Source: an uncultured Anaerolineales bacterium
GTDB taxonomy: Bacteria; Chloroflexota; Anaerolineae; Anaerolineales; UBA11579
Length of the DNA stretch: 40,327 nucleotides
Reading direction: 5' to 3'
Assembly (NCBI GenBank): GCA_965370435.1
Contig: CBDUUP010000002.1
Location: forward strand, 1-40,327
The translations under genes and the position numbers were made by a program. Of the stretch, positions 1 through 7,758 are shown one piece after another (positions within the stretch are counted from its first letter, which is position 1; the number at the start of each line of letters is the position of its first letter). Under the pieces are notes generated by a model, which worked only from the letters and a program-made list of their open reading frames with translations, was not told the origin of the DNA and made no database searches.

Positions 1-4
1 AATT

Positions 5-102
5 TGCATGTGGGCAGGATGCAAGTGGGCAAGTTGCAGGTTGCAGGTGGCCGGCTGGGTCGGGCAGGTTGGTAAATTTCAGGTTGCGGGTTGTTTGGGT
101 GG
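5..102. repeat. Degenerate tandem array of 7-8 nt units, GCA[A/G]GT-type (e.g. GTTGCAG GTTGCAG)
   Basis: The G of GCA[T/A/G]G cores falls at 6,14,21,29,36,43,(50),64,86, i.e. spacing of 7-8 nt or multiples. The same unit family occurs in either orientation at 2141-2217, 36556-36622 and 39422-39490. Confidence 0.6.
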
Positions 103-105
103 TGG

Positions 106-142
106 AAAAAACCCTAAGGGCGTTGAAGTCCTTAGGGTTTTT
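106..142 (-). terminator. Rho-independent terminator for the minus-strand permease gene (potentially bidirectional)
   Basis: 9-bp stem ACCCTAAGG (111-119) / CCTTAGGGT (130-138) with a 10-nt loop. It is flanked by an A-run (106-111) and a T-run (139-142). The minus-strand RNA reads stem-loop followed by UUUUUU, about 43 nt after the stop at 185. Confidence 0.65.
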
Positions 143-184
143 GTGAGGGAGGGGGGTTATCTTATCAAGGGGAGCCTTGATGGT

Positions 185-1732
185 TCAGTTAAAACGGATG
201 CGAGGGTCTACAAAGGTGTAGAGCACATCGCGTACCAGGGTGGCGACCACGACCAGAACCGAGGTGATGAAGAGCAGAACCATCACCACCGGCCAGTCGT
301 TGGCCCCCAGAGCGTCAAAGTACAGGCGTCCCATGCCGGGGTAGCTGAAGATGGTCTCGGTGAGGATGGCGCCGCCGAAAATGCCGGGGATTTGGAAAAC
401 TACGATGGTGATGATGGGGATCATGGCGTTGCGCACCGCGTGTTTGACGATCACCAGCCGTTCGGTCAGGCCCTTGGCCCGAGCCGTGCGGACGTAGTCC
501 TGGCGGAGCACTTCCAACATGGAGGTGCGCATGAAACGGCTCCATCCAGCCATGTAGAGCAAGCTGAGGACTGTGACCGGCATGAAGAGGTGGACAATGC
601 GGTCTACCAGGCTGCCGGGTTGGGTTTTCAGCGCCGCCAGCAGGCTGCCTGAGGGAGCGGTGCGAACCATTTGGATTCCGCCGGAAGGCAAGAAGGGCCA
701 ATCCATATTCTTGAACACGTAAGAAAAAATAAGGATCATCATCAGGCCGAACCAGAAGACCGGCATGGCGGAGCCGAAGAAAGCGAAGGTGGTCACGGCG
801 TAGTCAAGCTTGCTGTACTGATGAATGGCGGAGTAGATCCCGATGGGGATGGCGATAAGGAGTGAGAGCACGACCGCCGAAGTCATCAGGATGAGAGTGT
901 TGCTGAGGCGAGAGCCGATCATGTCGATCACCGGAAGATGCGTGTTCCAGGAAGTGCCGAAGTCCAGGCGCAGCAGGCCGTGCCCGTTCCCTCGATAACT
1001 GGCGTATTTCGCCAATATCCCTGCGGGGCTGGTCAACCAGGAGATATTCAGCCAGTCGCCTTCTTCGGGGCGCGGTTTGCCTTCGCCTGGCGGGAAGGTG
1101 TAGGCTGTTTCCACGCTGGTGTTGAGAGTGTAATTATTTCCGTTGAGGTCTTCAATGATTATGGTTAGACCCTCTTGCTCCAGCACAACTCCCCACACGA
1201 TTACGTCTTCGGGGCGTTCTTCGGTGGAGGCTGGTTTGACGCGGATGGCTGTGGCGGTATAGGTCTCTGGGGAGGTTTCCTCACCCCATACCCAGAGCAT
1301 GTAATTGGGTTCCACTAATGCCACGCCGGGGTCGGCCCAGAAGCGGAAAGTTTCCTGGACGATGGTCTTCTCGCCGGTGTCGCGGTTGGTTTTGAATATC
1401 GGATTCCCCTTCGCGCCGATCTTGTCTTGCTTGAAAGGCGTGAGGCCTACGTAGACCCAGTCCGCGCCCAGCCAGTCGTCACCCAGAAGCCAGGTGATGT
1501 AGCGCAGGGCCAGGGGTTTGTCCAGCCCTAGATAGGCCTCCATACGGGCTTTTTGGGCTTTGGTGGGTTTTTGTTGGGGGGGAAGGAGATTCAAGCCTGC
1601 CAGCGGTCCCCCCGGCGCGATATTGAGCAGGATGTAGATGGCGATGGTGGATAGGAAAACCACAATCGCCATTTGGAACAGACGGCGGATCAGATAATAG
1701 GTCACAGGACACCTCCTCTTGGGATTGTTCAT
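185..1732 (-). CDS. ABC transporter permease, DppB/OppB (binding-protein-dependent) family, with a ~170-190 aa insertion after TM1
   Basis: 515 aa. The N-terminus (YYLIRRLFQ...IYILLNIAPGGP) and C-terminus (VLYTFVDPRIRFN) are typical of DppB/OppB. The LLRLDFGTSW segment matches the usual GDLGxS segment but lies about 170 aa later than normal. Confidence 0.85.
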   Translation of the reverse strand: MNNPKRRCPVTYYLIRRLFQMAIVVFLSTIAIYILLNIAPGGPLAGLNLLPPQQKPTKAQKARMEAYLGLDKPLALRYITWLLGDDWLGADWVYVGLTPFKQDKIGAKGNPIFKTNRDTGEKTIVQETFRFWADPGVALVEPNYMLWVWGEETSPETYTATAIRVKPASTEERPEDVIVWGVVLEQEGLTIIIEDLNGNNYTLNTSVETAYTFPPGEGKPRPEEGDWLNISWLTSPAGILAKYASYRGNGHGLLRLDFGTSWNTHLPVIDMIGSRLSNTLILMTSAVVLSLLIAIPIGIYSAIHQYSKLDYAVTTFAFFGSAMPVFWFGLMMILIFSYVFKNMDWPFLPSGGIQMVRTAPSGSLLAALKTQPGSLVDRIVHLFMPVTVLSLLYMAGWSRFMRTSMLEVLRQDYVRTARAKGLTERLVIVKHAVRNAMIPIITIVVFQIPGIFGGAILTETIFSYPGMGRLYFDALGANDWPVVMVLLFITSVLVVVATLVRDVLYTFVDPRIRFN

Positions 1733-1813
1733 CCCAAGGGCTGATAGGATCCGCAGGGCGGCCGAAGCCTTAGCTGCTTACCTTGCTTTCAGGCAAGATA
1801 AGGGGTGAATGAA

Positions 1814-2014
1814 TCAGGTGAACTCAATACCCGGCATAGGGGACACGCAGATGGAGAGCATCTGCTTCCGTTTGGGCGGGTTTCTAGACATCCATATGAA
1901 TAGATACTTTAAAGCTCCCCCTCGCGCCAGGTTCATCGCAGTGTAGATAAGGATGCTGGCGAGGAAAAACGTCAGCATGGATCGCGACCCCCATCGGAGG
2001 AGGTAATTTTTCAT
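1814..2014 (-). pseudogene. 66-aa fragment resembling the N-terminal TM1 of a DppB/OppB permease (remnant or small TM ORF)
   Basis: [31 protein letters not shown] aligns with YYLIRRLF..VVFLSTIAIYILLNIAPGGPL of the downstream permease. The ORF stops after about 66 aa. The start is taken at the internal ATG (2014) of ORF 1814-2074. Confidence 0.3.
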
Positions 2015-2140
2015 GGCCGATTGGTTCCCTTTCTTTCGATTACAGGTATGCTCAGGGTCAAGCCCGCGTCCCACGCGCCGAACCCTTCTACATTGTATAC
2101 TCCCCGCCGGGGAAAAGGTTCGACAACCTGGATCGCCACA

Positions 2141-2217
2141 TTCTTCAACCCGTAACCTTCAACCTAGCAACTTGCAACTTTCAACCTCCCCCTCCAACCC
2201 TTGACACTCCCCCAACC
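2141..2217. repeat. Heptanucleotide tandem array (AACTTGC / AACCTTC-type, complement orientation of the 5-102 array)
   Basis: About 11 consecutive 7-nt units: TTCTTCA ACCCGTA ACCTTCA ACCTAGC AACTTGC AACTTTC AACCTCC CCCTCCA ACCCTTG ACACTCC CCCAACC. The array runs into the -35 box of the gmd promoter. Confidence 0.6.
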
Positions 2218-2244
2218 CAAGTTATAATTCAGCGACTGAATTAT
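2201..2244 (+). promoter_or_regulatory. Near-consensus sigma70 promoter with an overlapping inverted-repeat operator, upstream of gmd
   Basis: TTGACA (2201-2206), 16-nt spacer, TATAAT (2223-2228). Inverted repeat ATAATTCAG (2224-2232) / CTGAATTAT (2236-2244) with a 3-nt spacer. The block AGTTATAATTCAG-N3-CTGAATT recurs at 7724-7746. Confidence 0.7.
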
Positions 2245-2259
2245 GAAAAGGAGAACTAC

Positions 2260-3243
2260 ATGCCCACTGCATTGATCACCGGCATCACCGGCCAGGACGG
2301 CTCCTACCTGGCGGAATGTCTGCTCGCCAAGGGCTATACCGTCGTCGGCATGGCCCGCCGCTCCAGCACGATGACCTACGAACGCATCCAACACATTCAG
2401 GATGACATCATCCTAGAGCAGGGAGACCTGCACGACCAGAGTTCGCTGTTGAGGTTGATGGAAGAGTACCAACCCGATGAAGTGTATAATCTGGCCGCCC
2501 AATCTTTCGTGCCCGCCTCCTGGAACCAGCCGGCGCTGACCGGTGAAGTGACCGCTCTGGGCGTGACCCGCATTTTGGAAGCCCTCCGGCTGGTGAAGCC
2601 CAAAGCCCGTTTTTACCAGGCCTCCTCCAGCGAGATGTTCGGCAAGGTTCGCCAAACGCCGCAAAGCGAGGAAACCCCCTTCCACCCGCGCAGCCCCTAC
2701 GGGGTAGCCAAGGTCTACGGCCATTGGATCACGATTAATTACCGCGAATCTTATGACTTATTCGCCGTATCGGGCATTCTCTTCAACCACGAAAGCCCCC
2801 GCCGCGGCCTGGAGTTTGTGACCCGCAAGATCACCCACGGGGCAGCTCGCATCAAGCTGGGACTGGCCCAAGAACTGCGCCTGGGCAACCTGGAATCCCG
2901 GCGGGATTGGGGTTTCGCCGGAGATTACGTCGAAGCCATGTGGCGGATGCTCCAGCAAGATGAACCCGACAATTACGTGATCGGGACCGGGGAGACCCAC
3001 TCGGTGCGGGAGTTCTGCGAGGCCGCTTTCAGCCGCCTGGACCTGGATTACGAGGAATTCGTGGTGAAGGACGAGCGTTTCTACCGCCCCGCGGAAGTGG
3101 ACCTGCTGGTCTCTGACCCCGGCAAGGCCAAAGCCAAGCTGGGCTGGGAGACGGAAGTGGACTTCAAGGGGCTGGTGCAGATGATGGTGGACGCCGATAT
3201 GGAAAAACTGAAACAGCAGGCCGCCGGGGTTCAAAGCGGTTAG
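2260..3243 (+). CDS. gmd: GDP-mannose 4,6-dehydratase
   Basis: 327 aa. N-terminus [23 protein letters not shown], plus [19 protein letters not shown] and [10 protein letters not shown], all hallmark Gmd motifs. GGAG RBS 6 nt upstream of the ATG. Confidence 0.95.
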   Translation: MPTALITGITGQDGSYLAECLLAKGYTVVGMARRSSTMTYERIQHIQDDIILEQGDLHDQSSLLRLMEEYQPDEVYNLAAQSFVPASWNQPALTGEVTALGVTRILEALRLVKPKARFYQASSSEMFGKVRQTPQSEETPFHPRSPYGVAKVYGHWITINYRESYDLFAVSGILFNHESPRRGLEFVTRKITHGAARIKLGLAQELRLGNLESRRDWGFAGDYVEAMWRMLQQDEPDNYVIGTGETHSVREFCEAAFSRLDLDYEEFVVKDERFYRPAEVDLLVSDPGKAKAKLGWETEVDFKGLVQMMVDADMEKLKQQAAGVQSG

Positions 3244-3259
3244 TGAGGAGCGATTGCCC

Positions 3260-4963
3260 ATGCTGCCAATGACCTACCAAACCCTTACCGAGCCGGTCAT
3301 CGCCCGCGCCGGGCAAGACCCCGACCACCTGACGCTGGTATACCTGGGCGAGGATGGCTCCGTGGCTCGAATCAACGCCGGAGAGTTCCATCGCCGAGCC
3401 TTGAACTTTGCCTGCGCTTTGCAAAACATTGACATTGGGGAAGAAGACCTGGTGATCCTGGTGCTGCCCCATTCGCAGGCGCTGCTCTCGGCGTTCTGGG
3501 GGGCGCTGTATCGGGGCGCCATCCCCTCCATTTTCCCCTTCTTGACCGAAAAACTAGACCCGGACATCTACAGGGAACGGGTGCGAGCTTTGGTCGCTCA
3601 TTCAGGGGCCAAGGCGGTCATTACCTATCCAGCCTTCAAAGAGGACCTGTCCGCGCTGCTTGCGGAGGTGGACTGCCGGGCGCTCAGCATTGATGAAATA
3701 GAGAAGGCAAACCTCCCCCAGGTTCAGACGCCGGAAGATGAAGCCTCCCTCTGGAAGACTCCCGACGGCGAGAAGATCGCCTTCTTGCAGCACAGCAGCG
3801 GCACCACCGGCTTGCAGAAGGGCGTGGCTCTCTCGCACCGGGCGGTCTTGAGCCAGATACGGGAATACGGCCAGACCCTCCAACTCGCCCCAGAAGACGT
3901 GATCGTCAGTTGGCTGCCGCTCTATCACGACATGGGCTTGATCGCCGGGTTCGTGATGCCTATCGCAGCGGGGATACCGCTGGTGTTGATGTCGCCCTTC
4001 CAATGGGTGCGCGACCCCAAGATCCTGCTGAGCGCCATCCAGGAATACAAAGGAACCCTCTGCTGGCTGCCCAACTTCGCCTACAACCACAGCGTGCGCA
4101 AGATCCGAGCGCGCAAGCTGGAAGGCTTGGACCTCAGTTCTCTGCGGGCGGTCATCAATTGCTCCGAGCCGGTGCGCGACGACAGCCACCAGATGTTCGT
4201 CGAACGCTTTGCGCCCTACGGCTTCCGAGAGAGCGCTCTGGGGACCAGCTACGCTATGGCGGAGAACGTCTTCGCGGTCACTCAGAGCGAGATGGGGAAG
4301 CCCCCCCGGGTGGACTGGGTGGAACTGCGGACCTTGCAGGAGGCGCGCCAGGCGGTTCCAGCCTCTCCTGACGATCCGGACGCGACGCCGATGGTCAGCA
4401 ACGGGCCGCCTATCGGGGGCGTGGAGATCGCGGTGGTGGATGAAAGCGGGGAACGCCTGCCGGAACGCCGCGTGGGAGAGATCATTCTTCGGGGCAGCTC
4501 AATGTTGAGCGGCTACTATCGCCGCCCAGACCTCACTGCCGAGGCCATTAAAGACGGTTGGTACTACACCGGCGACATGGGCTACCTGGCGGAGGGCGAA
4601 CTCTACGTCTCCGGGCGCAAGAAAGACCTCATCATCGTGGGCGGGAAGAACGTCTATCCTCAGGATTTGGAAGCCATCGCCAATGAGGTGGAAGGCATCC
4701 ATCCGGGACGAGCGGTGGCCTTTGGCCTGATGGACGAGGCGATGGGTTCGGAGAAGATCATCATGGTCTGCGAACTGCTAGACCCGGTGGACGAGGAAGC
4801 AACCCGCCTCATCGAACGAGCCTTGCGCACCTCAATCGTGCAGCAGACCGAGGTCACCCTGGCGGGCGTGCGCCTGGTGGAGGGCGCCTGGGTGCTGAAG
4901 ACCTCCAGCGGCAAGATCGCCCGATCCGCCAACCGAGATAAATATTTGCAAGTGTTTCATTAG
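3260..4963 (+). CDS. AMP-dependent synthetase/ligase, fatty acyl-AMP ligase (FAAL)-like
   Basis: Motifs LQHSSGTTGLQKGVALSHRAV, SWLPLYHDMGLI, YYTGDMGY..GELYVSGRKKDLIIVGGKNVYPQDLE and a C-terminal SSGKIARS. Start set at ATG 3260 (GAGGAG RBS at 3245-3250) rather than TTG 3254. Confidence 0.8.
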   Translation: MLPMTYQTLTEPVIARAGQDPDHLTLVYLGEDGSVARINAGEFHRRALNFACALQNIDIGEEDLVILVLPHSQALLSAFWGALYRGAIPSIFPFLTEKLDPDIYRERVRALVAHSGAKAVITYPAFKEDLSALLAEVDCRALSIDEIEKANLPQVQTPEDEASLWKTPDGEKIAFLQHSSGTTGLQKGVALSHRAVLSQIREYGQTLQLAPEDVIVSWLPLYHDMGLIAGFVMPIAAGIPLVLMSPFQWVRDPKILLSAIQEYKGTLCWLPNFAYNHSVRKIRARKLEGLDLSSLRAVINCSEPVRDDSHQMFVERFAPYGFRESALGTSYAMAENVFAVTQSEMGKPPRVDWVELRTLQEARQAVPASPDDPDATPMVSNGPPIGGVEIAVVDESGERLPERRVGEIILRGSSMLSGYYRRPDLTAEAIKDGWYYTGDMGYLAEGELYVSGRKKDLIIVGGKNVYPQDLEAIANEVEGIHPGRAVAFGLMDEAMGSEKIIMVCELLDPVDEEATRLIERALRTSIVQQTEVTLAGVRLVEGAWVLKTSSGKIARSANRDKYLQVFH

Positions 4964-4978
4964 CCTTTGAGAGTCGTG

Positions 4979-7684
4979 ATGACAGAGCCGAAAGCCACAT
5001 CGCTCCCTTGGAAACTAGCCCTCCTGCGGTTATTTTCCTTTCTCAGCGCCCTGGAGGGGGTGATAGCCCTGGGAATGGTTTTGGATATTCCTGCCGACCC
5101 AAAGAATGTCTGGCTCTGGGGATATTCTCGCACGCGGATAATGATTGCGGCAAGCATTATTTTACTCATAGTATTCTTTTTCTCGGTGGCGATCAAAGCC
5201 TGGCGCAACCCCGTTTGGGCAAGCAGCCTGGTGAAGGCGCTGGAGGGATGGTTATTCGCAACCCGGTTCTGGCTGCTCCCCGCTGCGCTATGTGTGGTTT
5301 TTTTTGTGAGTGGGTGGACCTTTCTGATCCCGTTCCAACGTCAACTGCCTTCTTTTCTAGGAATCGAATATTACCAGCGTTTGTTCCCGCTCGTTTCTTG
5401 GGTCACCTTGTTGAGCGCCCAGACATTATTCGCGATCCTGGCTCTGCGCAGTAAGTTTGATTGGGAGCACTTGAGCCGCAAAGTCGTCTACGCCAGCGGG
5501 ATCACTTTAGCTGTGTTTCTGCTGCTGTGGGGATGGGTCGCCTGGACCGATGTAGGCCTGGAACCGGACGATATTTATTGGGGCGTCCCTGGCGTTCCGG
5601 TGTTGGCTGGTCAGGTATTTCTTGCTTTGCTGTTTGGACTGGGATACTTGGGGATGGAAATAATTGGCGATGGTTTGTGGAAGGGAGAACGCTGGACAAG
5701 ATTAGTCGCCCACCGCCCCTCTGGGGTTGATGTGTTCATTGGCCTGTTGATATGGATCGTGGCTGCCCAGATGTGGATCGCCCAACCCGCGCCGTTCAAT
5801 TACTTTTCTCCCCGCGGCCGGCTTCCCAACATGGAGCGCTATCCTTATTCAGACGCCGCAGTCTATGATTCGGCGGGGCAGATGCTGCTCATCGGGGAGG
5901 GGTTCGAGCGCTCGCTCCCCACCGGGGATGCGCTGATTCCCCGGCGGGCCTTCTATTCCGAATTGTTGGCTCTCCTGAACTTGGTCGCAGGGCCGGACAT
6001 CAATCGGGTCATCGCCGGGCACGTTATCTTGATCGCGGCTTTACCAGTCCTGGTGTATCTGTTAACCGCCATGCTTCATCACCGGGCGTCTGGCGTGCTG
6101 GTTGCGGTCTTGCTCATCCTGCGAGAGCGCAATGGGTTGGCTCTTTCAGGGAGGATTCCGGTCGTCCAATCTAAAATGTTCATGTCAGACTTGCCCACGG
6201 CGCTGGGTGTGGTTTTAATTGCGTTGTTGATCCTTCTCTGGCTTCAAAAACCTCAGACCCGCCCGCTGCTGCCTCTGGTAGCGGGCGGCGTGCTCGGCGC
6301 GACGATGCTCATCCGCACCCAATCTTTGTTGTTAATCCCTTTTATCATCCTGATTGCCGCGTTGGCATTACGCCATTGGGGCTATTGGACCCGAAGCATG
6401 CTTTTCCTGGGAAGCGGCTTGATCTTATTTACAGCCCCTTTACTGGGGCGCAATTGGCAGGTGAGTGGAGGGGTGGCGCTTGAGTCATCCCAACAATCCT
6501 GGGCCATCATCGGCCGCTATGCCGGATTGACCCAGGAGGATTTCCCCCGGCTGTCTGGGGAGACAGAATCCGAATATTCTAAACGTATGATGGCGCTCAC
6601 CATGCAGTTTATTCGAGAGCATCCTTTGGAAGTGGCCGGTTTTGTCGGGGGCCAGATGATGCACAACGTTGTGACGACAGTAATTGTTCTACCAGCTTCG
6701 CTGCTGTTGGATGATCTGGGGGATTATGTGGACCAGATGCCCATGTGGACATTCAAGGACAACAATTTTGTCAGCGACTGGTCCACCTGGACGGGCGAAA
6801 TAGGGGATGAATCCCGGATGCTATTATTCATAAATCTGGTTTTGGTCTCTGTGGGGATCGGAACAGCTTGGGGGAAATATCGCTTCGCGGGCTTGGTTCC
6901 CCTGGTGATCGGTCTGGGATACATGGCGAGCAATTCTGCGGCCCGGATATCAGGATGGCGTTTTCAACTACCTGCGGATTGGGTGGTGTTTGTTTACTAT
7001 GGCATCGGTTTGATTCAGATCGCGGGGTGGTTGTGGTATGGCTTGTATAAAGGAAAGCCTGTTCGGGTCGCAGAGCGATATTTTAAAGCTGGCAGGTTGG
7101 AATCTTCTAAAGGTGATGAAAGGGTCTTGCTGGCGCCAGGCAAAGTTTTGCTGGTTGGGGGGATCGTCTTGCTTTTTGGCTTTTCGCTGCCGCTGACAGA
7201 ATGGGCCGTTCCTCCCCGTTACGCGGACCTGGAACCACAAGCGCTGTTAGCCTATCTTGAGGGCCAGGGAGCCTTGGCTCAGGTGGATGCGGATGAACTC
7301 CAGATGTTGAAAGACTATCTGGAGGAGACTGAAGAGGCGGTTGTTTTGTGGGGTCGAGCGCTGTATCCGAAATTTTATACCTATGACCAGGGTGACTCCG
7401 GTTCTTACTGGCCTAGTTTTGCGCCCAGAAAATATAATCGTCTGGGATTTCACCTCATCGGCCCGCGGGAGGAGGCGGTGGTTCTCCCGATGTTCACCTA
7501 TCCCCAACATCTGCCTCATGCCGCCGACGTTTTGGTTTTCGGTTATTTAAGAGGCGATCACTTTGAAGCCGTGGCGGTTATCGTGCTGGATGGATCTGGC
7601 GCGGTTTTAATTGCCTCGCCGCCCCATGTTTTGCGTTTTCCAATTTATGAAAGCAAAGCCGGTAATGAGAGGGCGGTGCGGTGA
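4979..7684 (+). CDS. Polytopic membrane protein (~901 aa), GT-C/ArnT-PMT-like putative glycosyltransferase with a C-terminal soluble domain
   Basis: Many hydrophobic segments. The loop RYPYSDAAVYDSAGQMLLIGEGF resembles the ArnT/PMT first-loop motif (DEARYAEIAREML..G). The last ~180 aa are hydrophilic. The function call rests on motif resemblance only. Confidence 0.4.
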   Translation: MTEPKATSLPWKLALLRLFSFLSALEGVIALGMVLDIPADPKNVWLWGYSRTRIMIAASIILLIVFFFSVAIKAWRNPVWASSLVKALEGWLFATRFWLLPAALCVVFFVSGWTFLIPFQRQLPSFLGIEYYQRLFPLVSWVTLLSAQTLFAILALRSKFDWEHLSRKVVYASGITLAVFLLLWGWVAWTDVGLEPDDIYWGVPGVPVLAGQVFLALLFGLGYLGMEIIGDGLWKGERWTRLVAHRPSGVDVFIGLLIWIVAAQMWIAQPAPFNYFSPRGRLPNMERYPYSDAAVYDSAGQMLLIGEGFERSLPTGDALIPRRAFYSELLALLNLVAGPDINRVIAGHVILIAALPVLVYLLTAMLHHRASGVLVAVLLILRERNGLALSGRIPVVQSKMFMSDLPTALGVVLIALLILLWLQKPQTRPLLPLVAGGVLGATMLIRTQSLLLIPFIILIAALALRHWGYWTRSMLFLGSGLILFTAPLLGRNWQVSGGVALESSQQSWAIIGRYAGLTQEDFPRLSGETESEYSKRMMALTMQFIREHPLEVAGFVGGQMMHNVVTTVIVLPASLLLDDLGDYVDQMPMWTFKDNNFVSDWSTWTGEIGDESRMLLFINLVLVSVGIGTAWGKYRFAGLVPLVIGLGYMASNSAARISGWRFQLPADWVVFVYYGIGLIQIAGWLWYGLYKGKPVRVAERYFKAGRLESSKGDERVLLAPGKVLLVGGIVLLFGFSLPLTEWAVPPRYADLEPQALLAYLEGQGALAQVDADELQMLKDYLEETEEAVVLWGRALYPKFYTYDQGDSGSYWPSFAPRKYNRLGFHLIGPREEAVVLPMFTYPQHLPHAADVLVFGYLRGDHFEAVAVIVLDGSGAVLIASPPHVLRFPIYESKAGNERAVR

Positions 7685-7704
7685 TGATTAGATCAATTTT
7701 ACTC

Positions 7705-7748
7705 TTGACCTATGCCTGACTGCAGTTATAATTCAGTAACTGAATTTT
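7705..7748 (+). promoter_or_regulatory. Sigma70-like promoter with an inverted-repeat operator upstream of the MarR-type regulator gene
   Basis: TTGACC (7705-7710), 16-nt spacer, TATAAT (7727-7732). Inverted repeat AATTCAG (7730-7736) / CTGAATT (7740-7746). It shares AGTTATAATTCAG-N3-CTGAATT with the gmd promoter. Confidence 0.65.
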
Positions 7749-7758
7749 AGAGTTAAAT

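Noticed and set aside
8-652. 214-aa + strand ORF at the window start
   Set aside because: It begins inside the 7-8 nt tandem array, giving a repetitive Q/V/A/G/C/K-rich peptide. It then runs antisense to the well-supported permease gene, with a His/Asp/Gly-rich composition and no family motifs. It is a shadow ORF.
2141-2217. Possibility that the tandem arrays or hairpin repeats are CRISPR arrays
   Set aside because: The units are only 7-8 nt with no unique spacers. The hairpin elements are single inverted repeats. No cas genes are present in the window.
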